The notes beneath the pieces are model-generated. The model searched no databases, had not been told where the DNA came from, and saw only the letters and a program-made list of their open reading frames with translations. Both the position numbers and the translations under genes were made by a program. A DNA stretch of 64,000 nucleotides, from assembly GCA_902628525.1 (NCBI GenBank), contig CACOMZ010000001.1, positions 141,186 to 205,185 on the forward strand, given 5' to 3'. Positions 28,566 to 39,244 of the stretch are shown piece by piece (the first letter of the stretch is position 1; each line of letters opens with the position of its first letter). The stretch is from an uncultured Pelagibacteraceae bacterium (GTDB taxonomy: Bacteria > Pseudomonadota > Alphaproteobacteria > Pelagibacterales > Pelagibacteraceae).

Positions 28566-29822
28566 ATGCAAAAATATTCAATATTTAATCTAGTTAAAAA
28601 TGCATTTTCAAATCATCAAAATTGGGATTTGGCATGGAAGGACCCATCACCTAAAGAAGAATATGATGTAGTCATAATTGGTGGAGGAGGGCACGGTCTT
28701 GCAACAGCGTATTACTTAGCAAAAGAGCATAATATAACAAAAGTTGCAATTATCGAAAAAGGATGGATTGGTGGCGGAAACGTGGGACGTAACACAACAA
28801 TCATTAGATCGAATTACATGCACGATGAAAATGGACTATTCAGTGAATTTGGAATGGATCTTTGGAGAAAAATGAGTCAGGACTTAAATTACAATGTAAT
28901 GTTTTCTCCAAGAGGAATTATTAATCTTGCTCACTCTGATGCACAAATGAATGCTTATGCAAGAAGAGGAAATTCTATGAGGTTAAATGGAATAGACGCA
29001 GTTCTTTTAAATAGAGAACAAGTTAAAGAAATAATTCCTATGGCTGATTTTTCTGAAAACGTAAGATTTCCAATTTTTGGTGGTCTGATGCAACCAAGCG
29101 CAGGAACCGCAAGACATGACGCTGTTGCTTGGGGTTATGCACGTCAAGCAGATTCTATGGGTGTAGATATTATCCAAAATTGTGAAGTAATTGGATTTGA
29201 TATTTCTGCAGGAAAAATAAACGGCATTAGAACATCGCGTGGAAATATAAAAGCTAAAAAAGTTGGTTTATGCGTAGCGGGCAGTACAAATATTTTAGCT
29301 GAAAAATTAAACATGACGCTACCATTAGAGACACACCTTCTTCAAGCTTGCGTTTCAGAACCTGTAAAACCAGTTTTAGATAGCGTTGTCACTTTTGGTG
29401 CAGGACATTTTTATATAAGTCAATCAGATAAAGGTGAAATGGTAATGGGTGGAGATTTAGATGGATACAACAGTTATGCCCAAAGAGGAAATTTGCCAAC
29501 TCTACAACACGTATTGACAGAAGGAATTGCTATGATGCCTTTTTTAAGCAAGTTGAAGATGCTTAGAACTTGGGGTGGAATAATGGATATGTCGATGGAT
29601 GGTTCACCGATAATCGATAAAACACATATAGATGGTTTATATTTAAATTGCGGCTGGTGTTATGGAGGTTTTAAAGCAACTCCAGCATCTGGTTGGACGT
29701 TCGCACATACTATTGCACAAGATAGAGTACATGAATTAAATGCTGGATATAGTTTAAATAGATTTAATACAGGTCATTTAATTGACGAAAAAGGACTAGG
29801 AACTAAAACCTGGATATCTTAA
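28566..29822 (+). CDS. soxB: Heterotetrameric sarcosine oxidase / N-methylglutamate dehydrogenase beta subunit (SoxB/MgdA)
   Basis: GGGGHG, GRNTTIIRSNY, ARHDAVAWGYAR, GWCYGGFKATP. Confidence 0.9.
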   Translation: MQKYSIFNLVKNAFSNHQNWDLAWKDPSPKEEYDVVIIGGGGHGLATAYYLAKEHNITKVAIIEKGWIGGGNVGRNTTIIRSNYMHDENGLFSEFGMDLWRKMSQDLNYNVMFSPRGIINLAHSDAQMNAYARRGNSMRLNGIDAVLLNREQVKEIIPMADFSENVRFPIFGGLMQPSAGTARHDAVAWGYARQADSMGVDIIQNCEVIGFDISAGKINGIRTSRGNIKAKKVGLCVAGSTNILAEKLNMTLPLETHLLQACVSEPVKPVLDSVVTFGAGHFYISQSDKGEMVMGGDLDGYNSYAQRGNLPTLQHVLTEGIAMMPFLSKLKMLRTWGGIMDMSMDGSPIIDKTHIDGLYLNCGWCYGGFKATPASGWTFAHTIAQDRVHELNAGYSLNRFNTGHLIDEKGLGTKTWIS

Positions 29823-30092
29823 ATGCTATATATAAAATGCCCACATTGTGGAATGAGACCACAAATAGAATTTTCTTATGGTGGAGACGCAACTGTAAAA
29901 AGACCTGAACTTAACAAAGAAATATCTGATCAAGAATGGGATGATTTTGTTTATAACAGAAAGAGTTTAAGAGGAAAGCATTTAGAGCTTTGGCAACATT
30001 TATCTGGTTGTAGACAATGGATAAAAGTAGAGAGGGATACTGCAACTCATGAAATATTCAAAACTTTTAAAGCTAATGAGGAAGTTGCTTAA
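29823..30092 (+). CDS. soxD: Sarcosine oxidase / NMG dehydrogenase delta subunit (SoxD/MgdB)
   Basis: CPHCG.R...EF and H..GCRQW zinc motif. Confidence 0.9.
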   Translation: MLYIKCPHCGMRPQIEFSYGGDATVKRPELNKEISDQEWDDFVYNRKSLRGKHLELWQHLSGCRQWIKVERDTATHEIFKTFKANEEVA

Positions 30093-33088
30093 TGTCCCAA
30101 GACTTCAGATTAGAAAATGTTGGATCAATTAATAGAGATAAAAAATTATCTTTTAAATTTAATGGAAAAAAATATTTTGGGTACGAAGGTGATACTCTTG
30201 CGTCTGCTTTGCTTGCAAATGGTGTTCATTTAGTAGGTAGAAGTTTTAAATATCACAGGCCACGAGGTTTTTTTGGAGCAGGGGTAGATGAACCTTATGC
30301 AATAGTGCAGCTTTATAGAAACAATGAAACAGAGCCAAATATCAAAGCAACTGAACAAGAACTTTTCGATGGTTTGGAAGCAAAAAGTGTAAATTGCTGG
30401 CCAAGTGTTAATTTTGATATTGGTGCAATAAATAATTTTTTAAAGATTTTTTTACCAGCTGGTTTTTATTACAAAACATTTATGTGGCCAAAAAGTTTTT
30501 GGTATAAAGTCTATGAGCCATTTATCAGAAAAGCTGCTGGCCTAGGTGTTGCTTCTACAAAGCATGACAAAGAAAGATACGAACATAAATATGAATATTG
30601 TGACTTACTGATTGCGGGATCGGGTCCTTCAGGTTTATCTAGTGCTTATGCTGCAGCTAAAAACGGAGCAAAAGTAATTTTAGCTGAGGATAAACCAAGA
30701 TTTGGAGGATCTTTATTAACAAGTGACGTAAATATTGGAAATCAATCTGGAAAAGATTGGGCTGAAGGAATTGTGGCAGAGCTTAAGACGATGCCAAATG
30801 TTGTTGTCAAAAATAGATCTCAAATATTTGGCTACTATGATCATAACATGCTTGTGATGTCAGAAAAAGTAAGTGATCATTTGCCAAAGACTAAAAAATA
30901 TCACCCTAATAAAAGACTTTGGTATATCCGAGCAAAAGAAGTTTTAATTTCTTCAGGATCAATTGAAAGACCAATTGTTTTTGGAAATAATGATACACCG
31001 GGCGTAATGCTTTCTTCTGCTGCAAAAGAATACTTAAAAGTTTATGGTGTTTTAGTTGGTCGAAATCCTCTCGTATTCACAAATAATGATAGTGGGTATG
31101 AAACAGCAATAGAATTTAAAAAACATGGCGTTGATCCAATAATCTTAGACTCAAGAAAAAACCCTACTTCAGAGATTATTGATGAAGCAAAAGAATTAGG
31201 TATAAAAATTAAAAATTCTTATGTTGTTGTTGCAGCTAAAGGTTATAAAAAAGTAAAATCAGCAGATATAGCAAGTATTTCAGAGGATAAAAAAAAGCTT
31301 GGTAAAATAGAAAATATTAAATGTGATTGTATATGTGTCTCGGGCTTTTGGACACCTTCTATTCATTTAGCATCTCAATCAGGAAACAAAACAAAGTTTA
31401 AGGAAGAAATTGATGCATTTGTTCCTGGAACTTCAAAGCAAAATGAAACAACATTGGGTGCAGCTAATGGAATATTTTCACTAGAGGAAACTTTAAAAAC
31501 CTCATTTGAGGCAGGCAGTGAACTATCAAAAAAAATAACTGAGAAGAATAATCAAGTATCTGTTCCAAATGTAGTTGAAAAAAAATCTTCAGTTCATGAT
31601 AAGTTCTGGTGTGTCCCTTTACCTGCTGGAAAAAATTATAAGAGATTTTTAGATTTTCAAAATGATGTAGCAGTATCTGATATAGAAATAGCCCTTAAAG
31701 AAGGTTACCGGTCAATTGAGCATGTTAAAAGGTATACAACACTTGGTATGGCGACCGACCAGGGAAAAACTAGTAATTTAAATGGTTTGCAATTGGTATC
31801 TGAAATTGAAAATAAAGTTGTTCCTGCAGTTGGTCATACAACTTTTAGACCACCATATACTCCAATTTCTATTGGTGCAATTGTTGGAAGGGAAGTTGGT
31901 AAACACTCTAAGCCAACAAGAAAATCTCCAATGCACGCCTGGCATGAGAAAAATAACGCAGTATTTGTTGATGCAGGTGTTTGGTTGAGACCAAGATATT
32001 ATAAAAAAGGAAACGAAAATTTATTTGAGGGTTCGAAAAGAGAAGCTAAAAATGTAAGATCAAATGTAGGTGTTTGTGATGTAACTACCCTAGGTAAAAT
32101 AGACATTAAAGGACCAGATGCAGCTGAGTTGCTAAATAGAGTTTACACTAATGCTTGGTTGAAGCTACCAGTTGGTAAAGCAAGGTATGGTGTAATGTTA
32201 AGAGAAGACGGTATAGTGATGGACGATGGAACAACAACAAGAATTTCTGAAAATCATTACCATATGACAACAACAACAGCTCAAGCAGCTAATGTTCTTT
32301 CACATTTAGAATATTATTTACAACTAGTGTGGCCAGAATTGAATGTAAATGTAGTTTCTACTACAGAACAGTGGGCAGGAGCAGCAATTGCAGGACCTAA
32401 ATCTAGAGATTTACTACAAAAATTATTTCCAAATTTAGATGTTTCGAATGATGGCTTGCCTTTTATGGGATATATGGAAGGCGATTTATTTGGAGTAAAA
32501 GCTAGAATATTTAGAATTTCTTTTTCTGGAGAGCTTGCATATGAGGTTAATGTTGAGTCAGATAATGGAAATTTCATGTGGGAAAAAATTATTGAAATTG
32601 GTGAGGAGTTTAAAATTCAGCCTTATGGTACAGAGGCATTGTCAACTTTGAGAATTGAAATGGGACATGTTGCTGGATCAGAGCTTGATGGTAGAACAAT
32701 TCCTTACGATAATGCTCTGGAGGGTCTTGTAAGTAAAAAGAAAGATTTTATTGGAAAAAGATCTTTACAAAGGTCTGCATTTACTGCCGAAAATAGACAA
32801 AGAATAGTTGGGGTAGTTCCGATAGATAAAAAGACAAGTATACCCGAAGGTTCTCATTTAGTTAAAGATGCTAATGCGCCGTTACCAAATCCAAAACTTG
32901 GTCACATTTCAGCATCATGCTGGAGCGTCGAATATGATAATCCCTTTTCGTTAGCAATTTTAAAAGATGGAAAAAATATGATCGGTGAAAAGCTGTTTGT
33001 CATGTCACCACTTAAAAACAAAGTAATTCCAGTTGAAATTGTTTCTTCACATTATGTAGACCCTAAGGGAGAAAGAGTTAGATCATGA
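30092..33088 (+). CDS. soxA: Sarcosine oxidase / NMG dehydrogenase alpha subunit (SoxA/MgdC)
   Basis: [47 protein letters not shown]. Confidence 0.92.
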   Translation: MSQDFRLENVGSINRDKKLSFKFNGKKYFGYEGDTLASALLANGVHLVGRSFKYHRPRGFFGAGVDEPYAIVQLYRNNETEPNIKATEQELFDGLEAKSVNCWPSVNFDIGAINNFLKIFLPAGFYYKTFMWPKSFWYKVYEPFIRKAAGLGVASTKHDKERYEHKYEYCDLLIAGSGPSGLSSAYAAAKNGAKVILAEDKPRFGGSLLTSDVNIGNQSGKDWAEGIVAELKTMPNVVVKNRSQIFGYYDHNMLVMSEKVSDHLPKTKKYHPNKRLWYIRAKEVLISSGSIERPIVFGNNDTPGVMLSSAAKEYLKVYGVLVGRNPLVFTNNDSGYETAIEFKKHGVDPIILDSRKNPTSEIIDEAKELGIKIKNSYVVVAAKGYKKVKSADIASISEDKKKLGKIENIKCDCICVSGFWTPSIHLASQSGNKTKFKEEIDAFVPGTSKQNETTLGAANGIFSLEETLKTSFEAGSELSKKITEKNNQVSVPNVVEKKSSVHDKFWCVPLPAGKNYKRFLDFQNDVAVSDIEIALKEGYRSIEHVKRYTTLGMATDQGKTSNLNGLQLVSEIENKVVPAVGHTTFRPPYTPISIGAIVGREVGKHSKPTRKSPMHAWHEKNNAVFVDAGVWLRPRYYKKGNENLFEGSKREAKNVRSNVGVCDVTTLGKIDIKGPDAAELLNRVYTNAWLKLPVGKARYGVMLREDGIVMDDGTTTRISENHYHMTTTTAQAANVLSHLEYYLQLVWPELNVNVVSTTEQWAGAAIAGPKSRDLLQKLFPNLDVSNDGLPFMGYMEGDLFGVKARIFRISFSGELAYEVNVESDNGNFMWEKIIEIGEEFKIQPYGTEALSTLRIEMGHVAGSELDGRTIPYDNALEGLVSKKKDFIGKRSLQRSAFTAENRQRIVGVVPIDKKTSIPEGSHLVKDANAPLPNPKLGHISASCWSVEYDNPFSLAILKDGKNMIGEKLFVMSPLKNKVIPVEIVSSHYVDPKGERVRS

Positions 33089-33672
33089 GTCAAATTTCAG
33101 CATTAGCAAATGTTCATACAACGGGTCAATTCGGAGATTATGGAGGTAAAAATGAAAATGATCTTTTGAAAATTTCAGAAAATAAAAATTTATTAATAGT
33201 TCAAATAGTCCAATATAAAGATTCAAAAACCTTATTTGAAAATATTAATATTGATGGTTTAAAACTCAAAAATGAGGCTTTAAGCGTAGTTTGTAATAAT
33301 GATACAAGAATTTTGTGGAACGCTCCAAACAATTGGCTTCTAGTATCAAAAAAATTAAGTTTAATGAAAAATATTTTAGATGAATTCAAAGATACAGACT
33401 TTGCAGTTACAGATTTATCACATTCTAGAGCTATAATAGAAATAGAAGGCAAGGATGTAAAAGAAGTTTTAAAGAAAGGATGCCCTTTTAATTTTGATAT
33501 TCTAGAAAAAAATAATTCAGTAAATTCCACTTATAATGGTATAGCGTTTACTGTAGACATGTTAGATGATAATCCAAATAAAGTAAGACTCTTTTCACTA
33601 AGAAGTTTTGGAGAGTCTTTGTATCACTCAATTACTGACGCCTCTTTGGAGTTCGGTTTTAAATCAATATAA
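33085..33672 (+). CDS. soxG: Sarcosine oxidase / NMG dehydrogenase gamma subunit (SoxG/MgdD)
   Basis: TDLSHSR, KGCP, RSF motifs. Fourth gene of BDAG with an ATGA overlap. Confidence 0.87.
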   Translation: MSQISALANVHTTGQFGDYGGKNENDLLKISENKNLLIVQIVQYKDSKTLFENINIDGLKLKNEALSVVCNNDTRILWNAPNNWLLVSKKLSLMKNILDEFKDTDFAVTDLSHSRAIIEIEGKDVKEVLKKGCPFNFDILEKNNSVNSTYNGIAFTVDMLDDNPNKVRLFSLRSFGESLYHSITDASLEFGFKSI

Positions 33673-33676
33673 TTTA

Positions 33677-34525
33677 TTATTCTCTAGTAGCAATATAAAC
33701 ACCGATTGAGGTTACAAGAAATCCGATTAAATCCAAATTAGTTAAATTTTCATTTAAAAAAAGCCAAGCCATAAAAGCAGATGTTGCTGGTATTAAAAAA
33801 AATATTGAAACAGTTTTGCTTGCTGAATTATTTTTAATTAAATACATTAATATTGTGAAAGCACCAAATGATACTAAAAAAATTTGGTGACTCAATGCCA
33901 AAATAAATGACAGTGAAAAATTTATATAGGGTTCAACAAAAAAAATTACAATTAGTAAATGAAATATACACCCACCTAAAGCTTGATTCATATTACTCAC
34001 AGAAAGAGGTAAATTATTACTCAGTTTTTTTTGCCATAAAGTAGAAAAAGTGATTGCTAATAATGCAATGATTGTTGAAATTAATCCAATAGTTGGTATT
34101 TCAGATCCAATGTCAAAACCTAAAACAAGTGCAGCTCCAAAAAAACCTAACAAGATACCAAGCCATTGTTTTAAAGAAACCTTTTCTTTTAAGATTGGGC
34201 CACTGAGAGCATTAGTAAGAACTGGTTGAAGTGTAACTATTAATGCGGCAATTCCTGTTGGCATTCCTATTGAAACTGAATAAAAAACTCCTCCAAGATA
34301 AAAACCATGAAAAAGTACACCACTTAAAAAGGACTCTAAAAAGTTTTTTTTATTAACTAAAATTTTTTCTTTTGAATAAATTGAAAATAAAAAAAAACCA
34401 AAAGCAACTAATGCAAACCTAAAAGCTAATGCAGAAAATGGATCACTGTCATCTATTATCGGCTTTGTTGTAATAAATGCAGATGACCAAAGAAAAATAA
34501 AAATGAATGGAAAAATTTTTACCAT
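33677..34525 (-). CDS. DMT/EamA family transporter
   Basis: About 10 TMs, LWSSAF, LAFRF, GIAALIVTLQP, LKEK, FLNE. Confidence 0.88.
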   Translation of the reverse strand: MVKIFPFIFIFLWSSAFITTKPIIDDSDPFSALAFRFALVAFGFFLFSIYSKEKILVNKKNFLESFLSGVLFHGFYLGGVFYSVSIGMPTGIAALIVTLQPVLTNALSGPILKEKVSLKQWLGILLGFFGAALVLGFDIGSEIPTIGLISTIIALLAITFSTLWQKKLSNNLPLSVSNMNQALGGCIFHLLIVIFFVEPYINFSLSFILALSHQIFLVSFGAFTILMYLIKNNSASKTVSIFFLIPATSAFMAWLFLNENLTNLDLIGFLVTSIGVYIATRE

Positions 34526-34530
34526 TCTTT

Positions 34531-34965
34531 TTATAACTTTAGTTTAATTAGTCTATTTTGCTTTGTTTCTTTACACCACATCTCATAACTTTCACATACT
34601 CTCCAAAGATGATCGAAGGCTCTTTGAGATATTTCTAAAGGAAAATGGCTTTTTGTGTAATAGAGTTTTGGTATTTTAATCAAAAATTTAACCATAGAGT
34701 TTTTTTGAAGCTCTAGTAATCTTAAGGTTTCAGTATTAATTTTTTTACCAGTTACTTTATCAATAAAGTTGTTATTTTTTAGATCTACAAACCATTTATC
34801 ATGAAACTCTCCAGAACTAACAATATCATAATCTTTTGTAGTCATAAAAATTTCGAAAGCTTGTATATTGTTTATTTCAGGATTTTGTTTTTTAATTTCA
34901 ACCATTTTTAAGTATATAAACTCAGCTACTCTTAATACATATGGCTTTTCAGTTTTTGAGGGCAT
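34531..34965 (-). CDS. Hypothetical protein
   Basis: 144-aa ORF tightly packed between the racemase and DMT genes. Confidence 0.7.
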   Translation of the reverse strand: MPSKTEKPYVLRVAEFIYLKMVEIKKQNPEINNIQAFEIFMTTKDYDIVSSGEFHDKWFVDLKNNNFIDKVTGKKINTETLRLLELQKNSMVKFLIKIPKLYYTKSHFPLEISQRAFDHLWRVCESYEMWCKETKQNRLIKLKL

Positions 34966-34968
34966 AAA

Positions 34969-35715
34969 TTACTTTTTATATTTAGCCATTGCTGATTGAG
35001 CTAATATTAAGTTTGGATCTAAGAAAATTTTTGATGATTTGATATTATTAAATGATTTAAACGCAAATATCGCAATAGGAAGTTCAGTGCATCCCAGAAT
35101 TATTTTTGAACATTTAAATTTAATTAGAGAATTTATAGCTGGTTTAATTGCTTTTGCTGCAGCTTTAACATTTCCCATTTTTACAAATTTAATTGCTTTA
35201 TTTACTGAATTGTTTTGGATTTTTTGGGATGGTATAATTAATTGATAATTTTTATCAAAAAATTTGTTGTAAACTCCAGTTTTTAATGTTCCTTCAGTAG
35301 CAAGTAAGCCAACTTTTGAATTCTTTTTACAGTTTTTTTGGGTAAACTTAAAAACTTCATCGGGCATATTAATTATAGGAATTTTTATTTTCTTTTGAAG
35401 ATCATCATACCAATAATGTGCAGTATTGCATGGTATAACAATAAATTTGCAATTATTTTTTTCAAGTAACTTACAGCCTTTTAGCAAACTATCTAAAACT
35501 TTTTTATATTTCAATTTGCTTTTTTTATTATAAGCTTTATTGGATAAATTCTTAGTTTGTAAACCAATAGACTCTGGTCTGCCTGGAATATTTGATTTGT
35601 TATAAAGAACAAACAATGGATATTCTTGATCAATTTTACCTCGATTTAATATTGCAAGTTTGTTACAAAAATCAAGGCCTGCTTGAGTTCCCATTCCTCC
35701 TAAAATTCCAATCAT
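34969..35715 (-). CDS. Aspartate/glutamate racemase family protein
   Basis: IGILGGMG, IPCNTAH, LATEGT, LGCTEL (both catalytic Cys present). Confidence 0.9.
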   Translation of the reverse strand: MIGILGGMGTQAGLDFCNKLAILNRGKIDQEYPLFVLYNKSNIPGRPESIGLQTKNLSNKAYNKKSKLKYKKVLDSLLKGCKLLEKNNCKFIVIPCNTAHYWYDDLQKKIKIPIINMPDEVFKFTQKNCKKNSKVGLLATEGTLKTGVYNKFFDKNYQLIIPSQKIQNNSVNKAIKFVKMGNVKAAAKAIKPAINSLIKFKCSKIILGCTELPIAIFAFKSFNNIKSSKIFLDPNLILAQSAMAKYKK

Positions 35716-35799
35716 AAATTTTTATTAGTTGAATTATTTATTATTGTTTTAAACGAATATTTAAAAAATGTGTTTAAACAATGTTTTGTTATTTTCTGG

Positions 35800-35853
35800 T
35801 ATTGGCTGAATAAAAAATTACAAAATAAGTTTAATATTTTCCTTCAGCCAATA
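35800..35853 (-). other. Long stem-loop in the 3' UTR of the cold-shock gene
   Basis: Perfect 11-bp arms TATTGGCTGAA (35800-35810) and TTCAGCCAATA (35843-35853), with a partly pairing AT-rich interior. Confidence 0.6.
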
Positions 35854-35865
35854 GGAAGTGTGAAA

Positions 35866-36072
35866 TTATGCAGTTTTCAAGTTAACTGCTGAAGGACCTT
35901 TGGGACCATCTTCAACATCGAAAGTCAAAGCTTGACCCTCATCTAAACCGTTCATACCAGCATCTCTTACTGCTGAAACATGTACAAACACATCTTTTTC
36001 TTTATCTTCTCTTTCAATAAAACCATAACCTTTGGTTGGATTGAACCATTTTACTTTACCTTGTAGACTCAT
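35866..36072 (-). CDS. cspA: Cold-shock protein (CSD RNA chaperone)
   Basis: GKVKWFN..KGYGFI (RNP1), DVFVH (RNP2), GPKGPSA. Exact paralog name uncertain. Confidence 0.93.
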   Translation of the reverse strand: MSLQGKVKWFNPTKGYGFIEREDKEKDVFVHVSAVRDAGMNGLDEGQALTFDVEDGPKGPSAVNLKTA

Positions 36073-36183
36073 ATTTATCTTCTTATTTTTATTATTAATT
36101 TATTACTTATAATTAAGCAATCTTCGCTTTCTTTAGATTTTAAAAGGTTTTGTCAACAAAATAGATAAGTTTTTATTATAAAC

Positions 36184-36642
36184 TTAAATTTTTTTGGTTA
36201 AATAAACGGAATTAATGTCTACCTCATAGTGCGCAAAAGGTTCGCACTCGCTAAATCCCGTTCTTTTGAAAAGTTTTCTAGCTGGTATAAAAAAGTCACC
36301 TGCACCTGTCTCTATACTTATTCTTTTTATATTAAGTTTTTTAGCTTCGTTTATTAAATGATTGATTACATTAATTCCTTGACCCTGTCTCCTAAAACTA
36401 TCGTGAATTCTTATAGATTTAAACTCACCATGTTCTTTATCTAAAAATTTTAAAGCACCACAACCAATTAATTTTTCTCCGTACCATAAACTCCAAAATT
36501 TAATTGACGGCACTTTTAAACCAGGAATATCTAAAACGTGAGCGCTTCCTTCAGGTGAAGCAGCCCTAAGTTCTACAAAATGTTTTGTAAGAAGTTCGTT
36601 AACTTCTAAATTATCAAAATTACCCTCTATTGATTTTAACAT
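36184..36642 (-). CDS. GNAT family N-acetyltransferase (YsnE-like)
   Basis: HGEFKS, RRQGQG acetyl-CoA motif A, IETG...PARKLF..GF. Confidence 0.87.
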   Translation of the reverse strand: MLKSIEGNFDNLEVNELLTKHFVELRAASPEGSAHVLDIPGLKVPSIKFWSLWYGEKLIGCGALKFLDKEHGEFKSIRIHDSFRRQGQGINVINHLINEAKKLNIKRISIETGAGDFFIPARKLFKRTGFSECEPFAHYEVDINSVYLTKKI

Positions 36643-37689
36643 TTATAATAAAGTTGTGACATGCCCCATTTTTCTTTTTTCTTTTATCTCCTTTTTTAAA
36701 TAATCAAAGAAAAACTCGTTATGATTAAATTTTTGTACATTTCTAAAATGTATAATTTGATCTCCAAGAAGATTTACCATTTTAGCATTAGATATTTTTT
36801 TTAATGGAATTTGCTCTAAACCACACACAGCTCTAATGTGATTTTCAAATTGACTTACGTTAAAAGCATTTATTGTTAAATGTCCTGAGTTATGCACTCT
36901 AGGTGCGATCTCATTTACGTATAGGTTATCGTTTCTATCAATAAAAAATTCTACACACAAAGTTCCCACATATTTTAGTTCTTCAGCAATCAGCATAGCC
37001 CAATCTTTAGATTGATTAAAAATTTTATCGTTAATTTCAGCTGGAATTTTAGAATATTTTAATATTTGGTCCTCATGAGTATTTTCAATAGGTTCATATA
37101 TCTCGTATTTATTATTTTTAAATCTTGTAATGATAATTGAAATTTCTTTTTTAAGTTTAACAAGTTTTTCAAGAATATATCCTTTTGAAAAATCTAAATT
37201 TAATGAAGAAAGTTCTTCACTTGAATTTATTGGAAATTGACCCTTACCATCATATCCTAAAGTTGTTGTTTTCAGAATACCTGGCAAGAAGTCTTCCAAT
37301 GCATCTAGTTCTGATTTTTTTTCGATTGAAACATACCTTGTTGTGCGAATGTTTAGTTTATTAATGAAATCTTTTTCAGCCAATCGATGTTGAATTAATC
37401 TATTAATTGAAGGTTTTGGTAAAACTGGTTTTAACTTGTTAATTTCGTTTAATGTATCAAAAGGTATATTTTCAAATTCATAAGTGACTAAATCAACCTG
37501 ATTTAAAAATTCTGATATTTTTTCTTTATCATCATAGCTTCCAGCAATAAATATATTACAAAAATTTTGTGCTGGAGCGTCTGCATCATCACAAAAAACA
37601 ACAGTTTTAACATTTAATTTTTTGGCTGCTATTGCAAGCATACTACCAAGCTGGCCACCTCCAATGATACCAAGAATAATTTCAGACAT
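36643..37689 (-). CDS. purK: 5-(carboxyamino)imidazole ribonucleotide synthase
   Basis: GGGQLG, TYEFEN, GYDGKG, NEIAPRVHNSGH, SQFENH, RKMGH. Confidence 0.96.
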   Translation of the reverse strand: MSEIILGIIGGGQLGSMLAIAAKKLNVKTVVFCDDADAPAQNFCNIFIAGSYDDKEKISEFLNQVDLVTYEFENIPFDTLNEINKLKPVLPKPSINRLIQHRLAEKDFINKLNIRTTRYVSIEKKSELDALEDFLPGILKTTTLGYDGKGQFPINSSEELSSLNLDFSKGYILEKLVKLKKEISIIITRFKNNKYEIYEPIENTHEDQILKYSKIPAEINDKIFNQSKDWAMLIAEELKYVGTLCVEFFIDRNDNLYVNEIAPRVHNSGHLTINAFNVSQFENHIRAVCGLEQIPLKKISNAKMVNLLGDQIIHFRNVQKFNHNEFFFDYLKKEIKEKRKMGHVTTLL

Positions 37690-37690
37690 T

Positions 37691-38182
37691 TTATTTTGGA
37701 GTTTTCTTTACGGATTTAGTTTGAGAAATTCTATAATTTTTAAGTTTTTTTCGAACATTAAGATCGTTATTAGCAATTATTGCTGCAGCAAATAATGCTG
37801 CATTAATAGCGCCGTCTTCTCCTATAGCAAGAGTGCCCACAGGTATTCCCTTAGGCATTTGAGCAATTGATAATAAACTATCTAGACCTTTAAGTTTTTT
37901 ACTTTCAACAGGAACACCAAGAACAGGCACATGAGTAAGTGCTGAAATCATCCCCGGAAGATGTGCAGATCCACCAGCACCTGCAATTATGACACCTACA
38001 TGATTTTGCTCCACTTTTTTAGTATAATCATACATTCTTTGTGGTGTTCTGTGAGCAGATATAATTTTTGTTTCAAATAAAACTCCAATTTTTTTGAGGG
38101 TTTTTTCTGCTAGTTTCATTATTTTGTAGTCAGATTGACTTCCCATAACAATTGAAACTTTTAATTTTTCATTTTTTTTCAT
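37691..38182 (-). CDS. purE: N5-carboxyaminoimidazole ribonucleotide mutase
   Basis: MGSQSD, SAHRTP, AGAGGSAHLPG, QMPKGIPV. Confidence 0.96.
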   Translation of the reverse strand: MKKNEKLKVSIVMGSQSDYKIMKLAEKTLKKIGVLFETKIISAHRTPQRMYDYTKKVEQNHVGVIIAGAGGSAHLPGMISALTHVPVLGVPVESKKLKGLDSLLSIAQMPKGIPVGTLAIGEDGAINAALFAAAIIANNDLNVRKKLKNYRISQTKSVKKTPK

Positions 38183-38276
38183 GAAATTTGGTCAATGTGT
38201 TTATTTCAAAATTAACTTAAAATTTCAATAAAATTAATAGTATTTAAAATGCATATTGATTAGAGTTAAGCATACT

Positions 38277-39242
38277 ATGAATTATAAAATCGATAATCTT
38301 CAATATTGCAATTGGTCGAGAAAAATCTTTGAGATTAACAGATCCGCTGGCTTAGATGCTGTCCACGTTACAATTGTATACCATGAAGATTTTGATGAAT
38401 TACAGCTTGAAATCAAAAAATGGCAAAAATTATTTCATGAAAACCCTGATTTAATTTTTCTTGGTAAGAATTTTCAAGATATTGATAAAGCTAATAAAGA
38501 AAATAAAACTGCAATATTCTTTGGTTTTCAAAATTGTTCGCCAATTGAAGATGATATAAAGTTAGTTGAAAAGGTTTATGAATTAGGATGTAGATTCATG
38601 CAACTTACTTACAATAATCAATCTTTGCTAGCAACGGGCTGTTATGAAAAAGTAGATAGTGGAGTTACAAATTTTGGACGTGAGGTCATACGAGAAATGA
38701 ATAGAGTTGGCCTTGTGATTGACATGTCACATTCTGCAGAAAAAAGTACTCTAGATGCAATTGATTTAAGCGAAAAACCAATTGCAATCACACATGCTAA
38801 TCCATCTTTTTGGCATCCTGCTAAAAGAAACAAATCTTCAGAATTATTAAAAATTTTGAGTGATAGTGGCGGCATGTTGGGTTTATCATTATACCCTCAT
38901 CATTTAAAAGATAATACAAATTGTACTCTAGATAGTTTTTGCGAAATGGTGGCAAAAACAGCTGAAATAATGGATGTAAAAAAAATAGGAATAGGATCAG
39001 ATCTTTGTTTAGATCATCCTGATACTGTTGTCGAATGGATGAGAAATGGTTCTTGGTCTAAAAGTAAAAATTTTGGTGAAGGTTCGAAAAATAAACCAGG
39101 TTTTCCAAAACAACCTGATTGGTTTCTTGATGCAAGAGGCTTTTCAAATATTGAAAAAGGTCTAAAAAAGGTGGGTTTTTCAGATACCGAGACACATGGA
39201 ATACTTGGAAATAACTGGTACAAATTTTATAAATCTATTTAA
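38277..39242 (+). CDS. Membrane dipeptidase (M19)-like amidohydrolase, divergent
   Basis: QLTYN, G..VIREMNRVG..IDMSH, THAN, IGIGSD, ILGNN. Start set at ATG 38277. Confidence 0.85.
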   Translation: MNYKIDNLQYCNWSRKIFEINRSAGLDAVHVTIVYHEDFDELQLEIKKWQKLFHENPDLIFLGKNFQDIDKANKENKTAIFFGFQNCSPIEDDIKLVEKVYELGCRFMQLTYNNQSLLATGCYEKVDSGVTNFGREVIREMNRVGLVIDMSHSAEKSTLDAIDLSEKPIAITHANPSFWHPAKRNKSSELLKILSDSGGMLGLSLYPHHLKDNTNCTLDSFCEMVAKTAEIMDVKKIGIGSDLCLDHPDTVVEWMRNGSWSKSKNFGEGSKNKPGFPKQPDWFLDARGFSNIEKGLKKVGFSDTETHGILGNNWYKFYKSI

Positions 39243-39244
39243 TT

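Noticed and set aside
29780-29822. Possible frameshift at the unusual soxB C-terminus
   Set aside because: The length is normal and the stop abuts the soxD ATG, so the gene looks intact.
36643-38182. purE/purK as part of the C1 pathway
   Set aside because: These are housekeeping purine genes that do not use folate themselves. Adjacency alone is insufficient.
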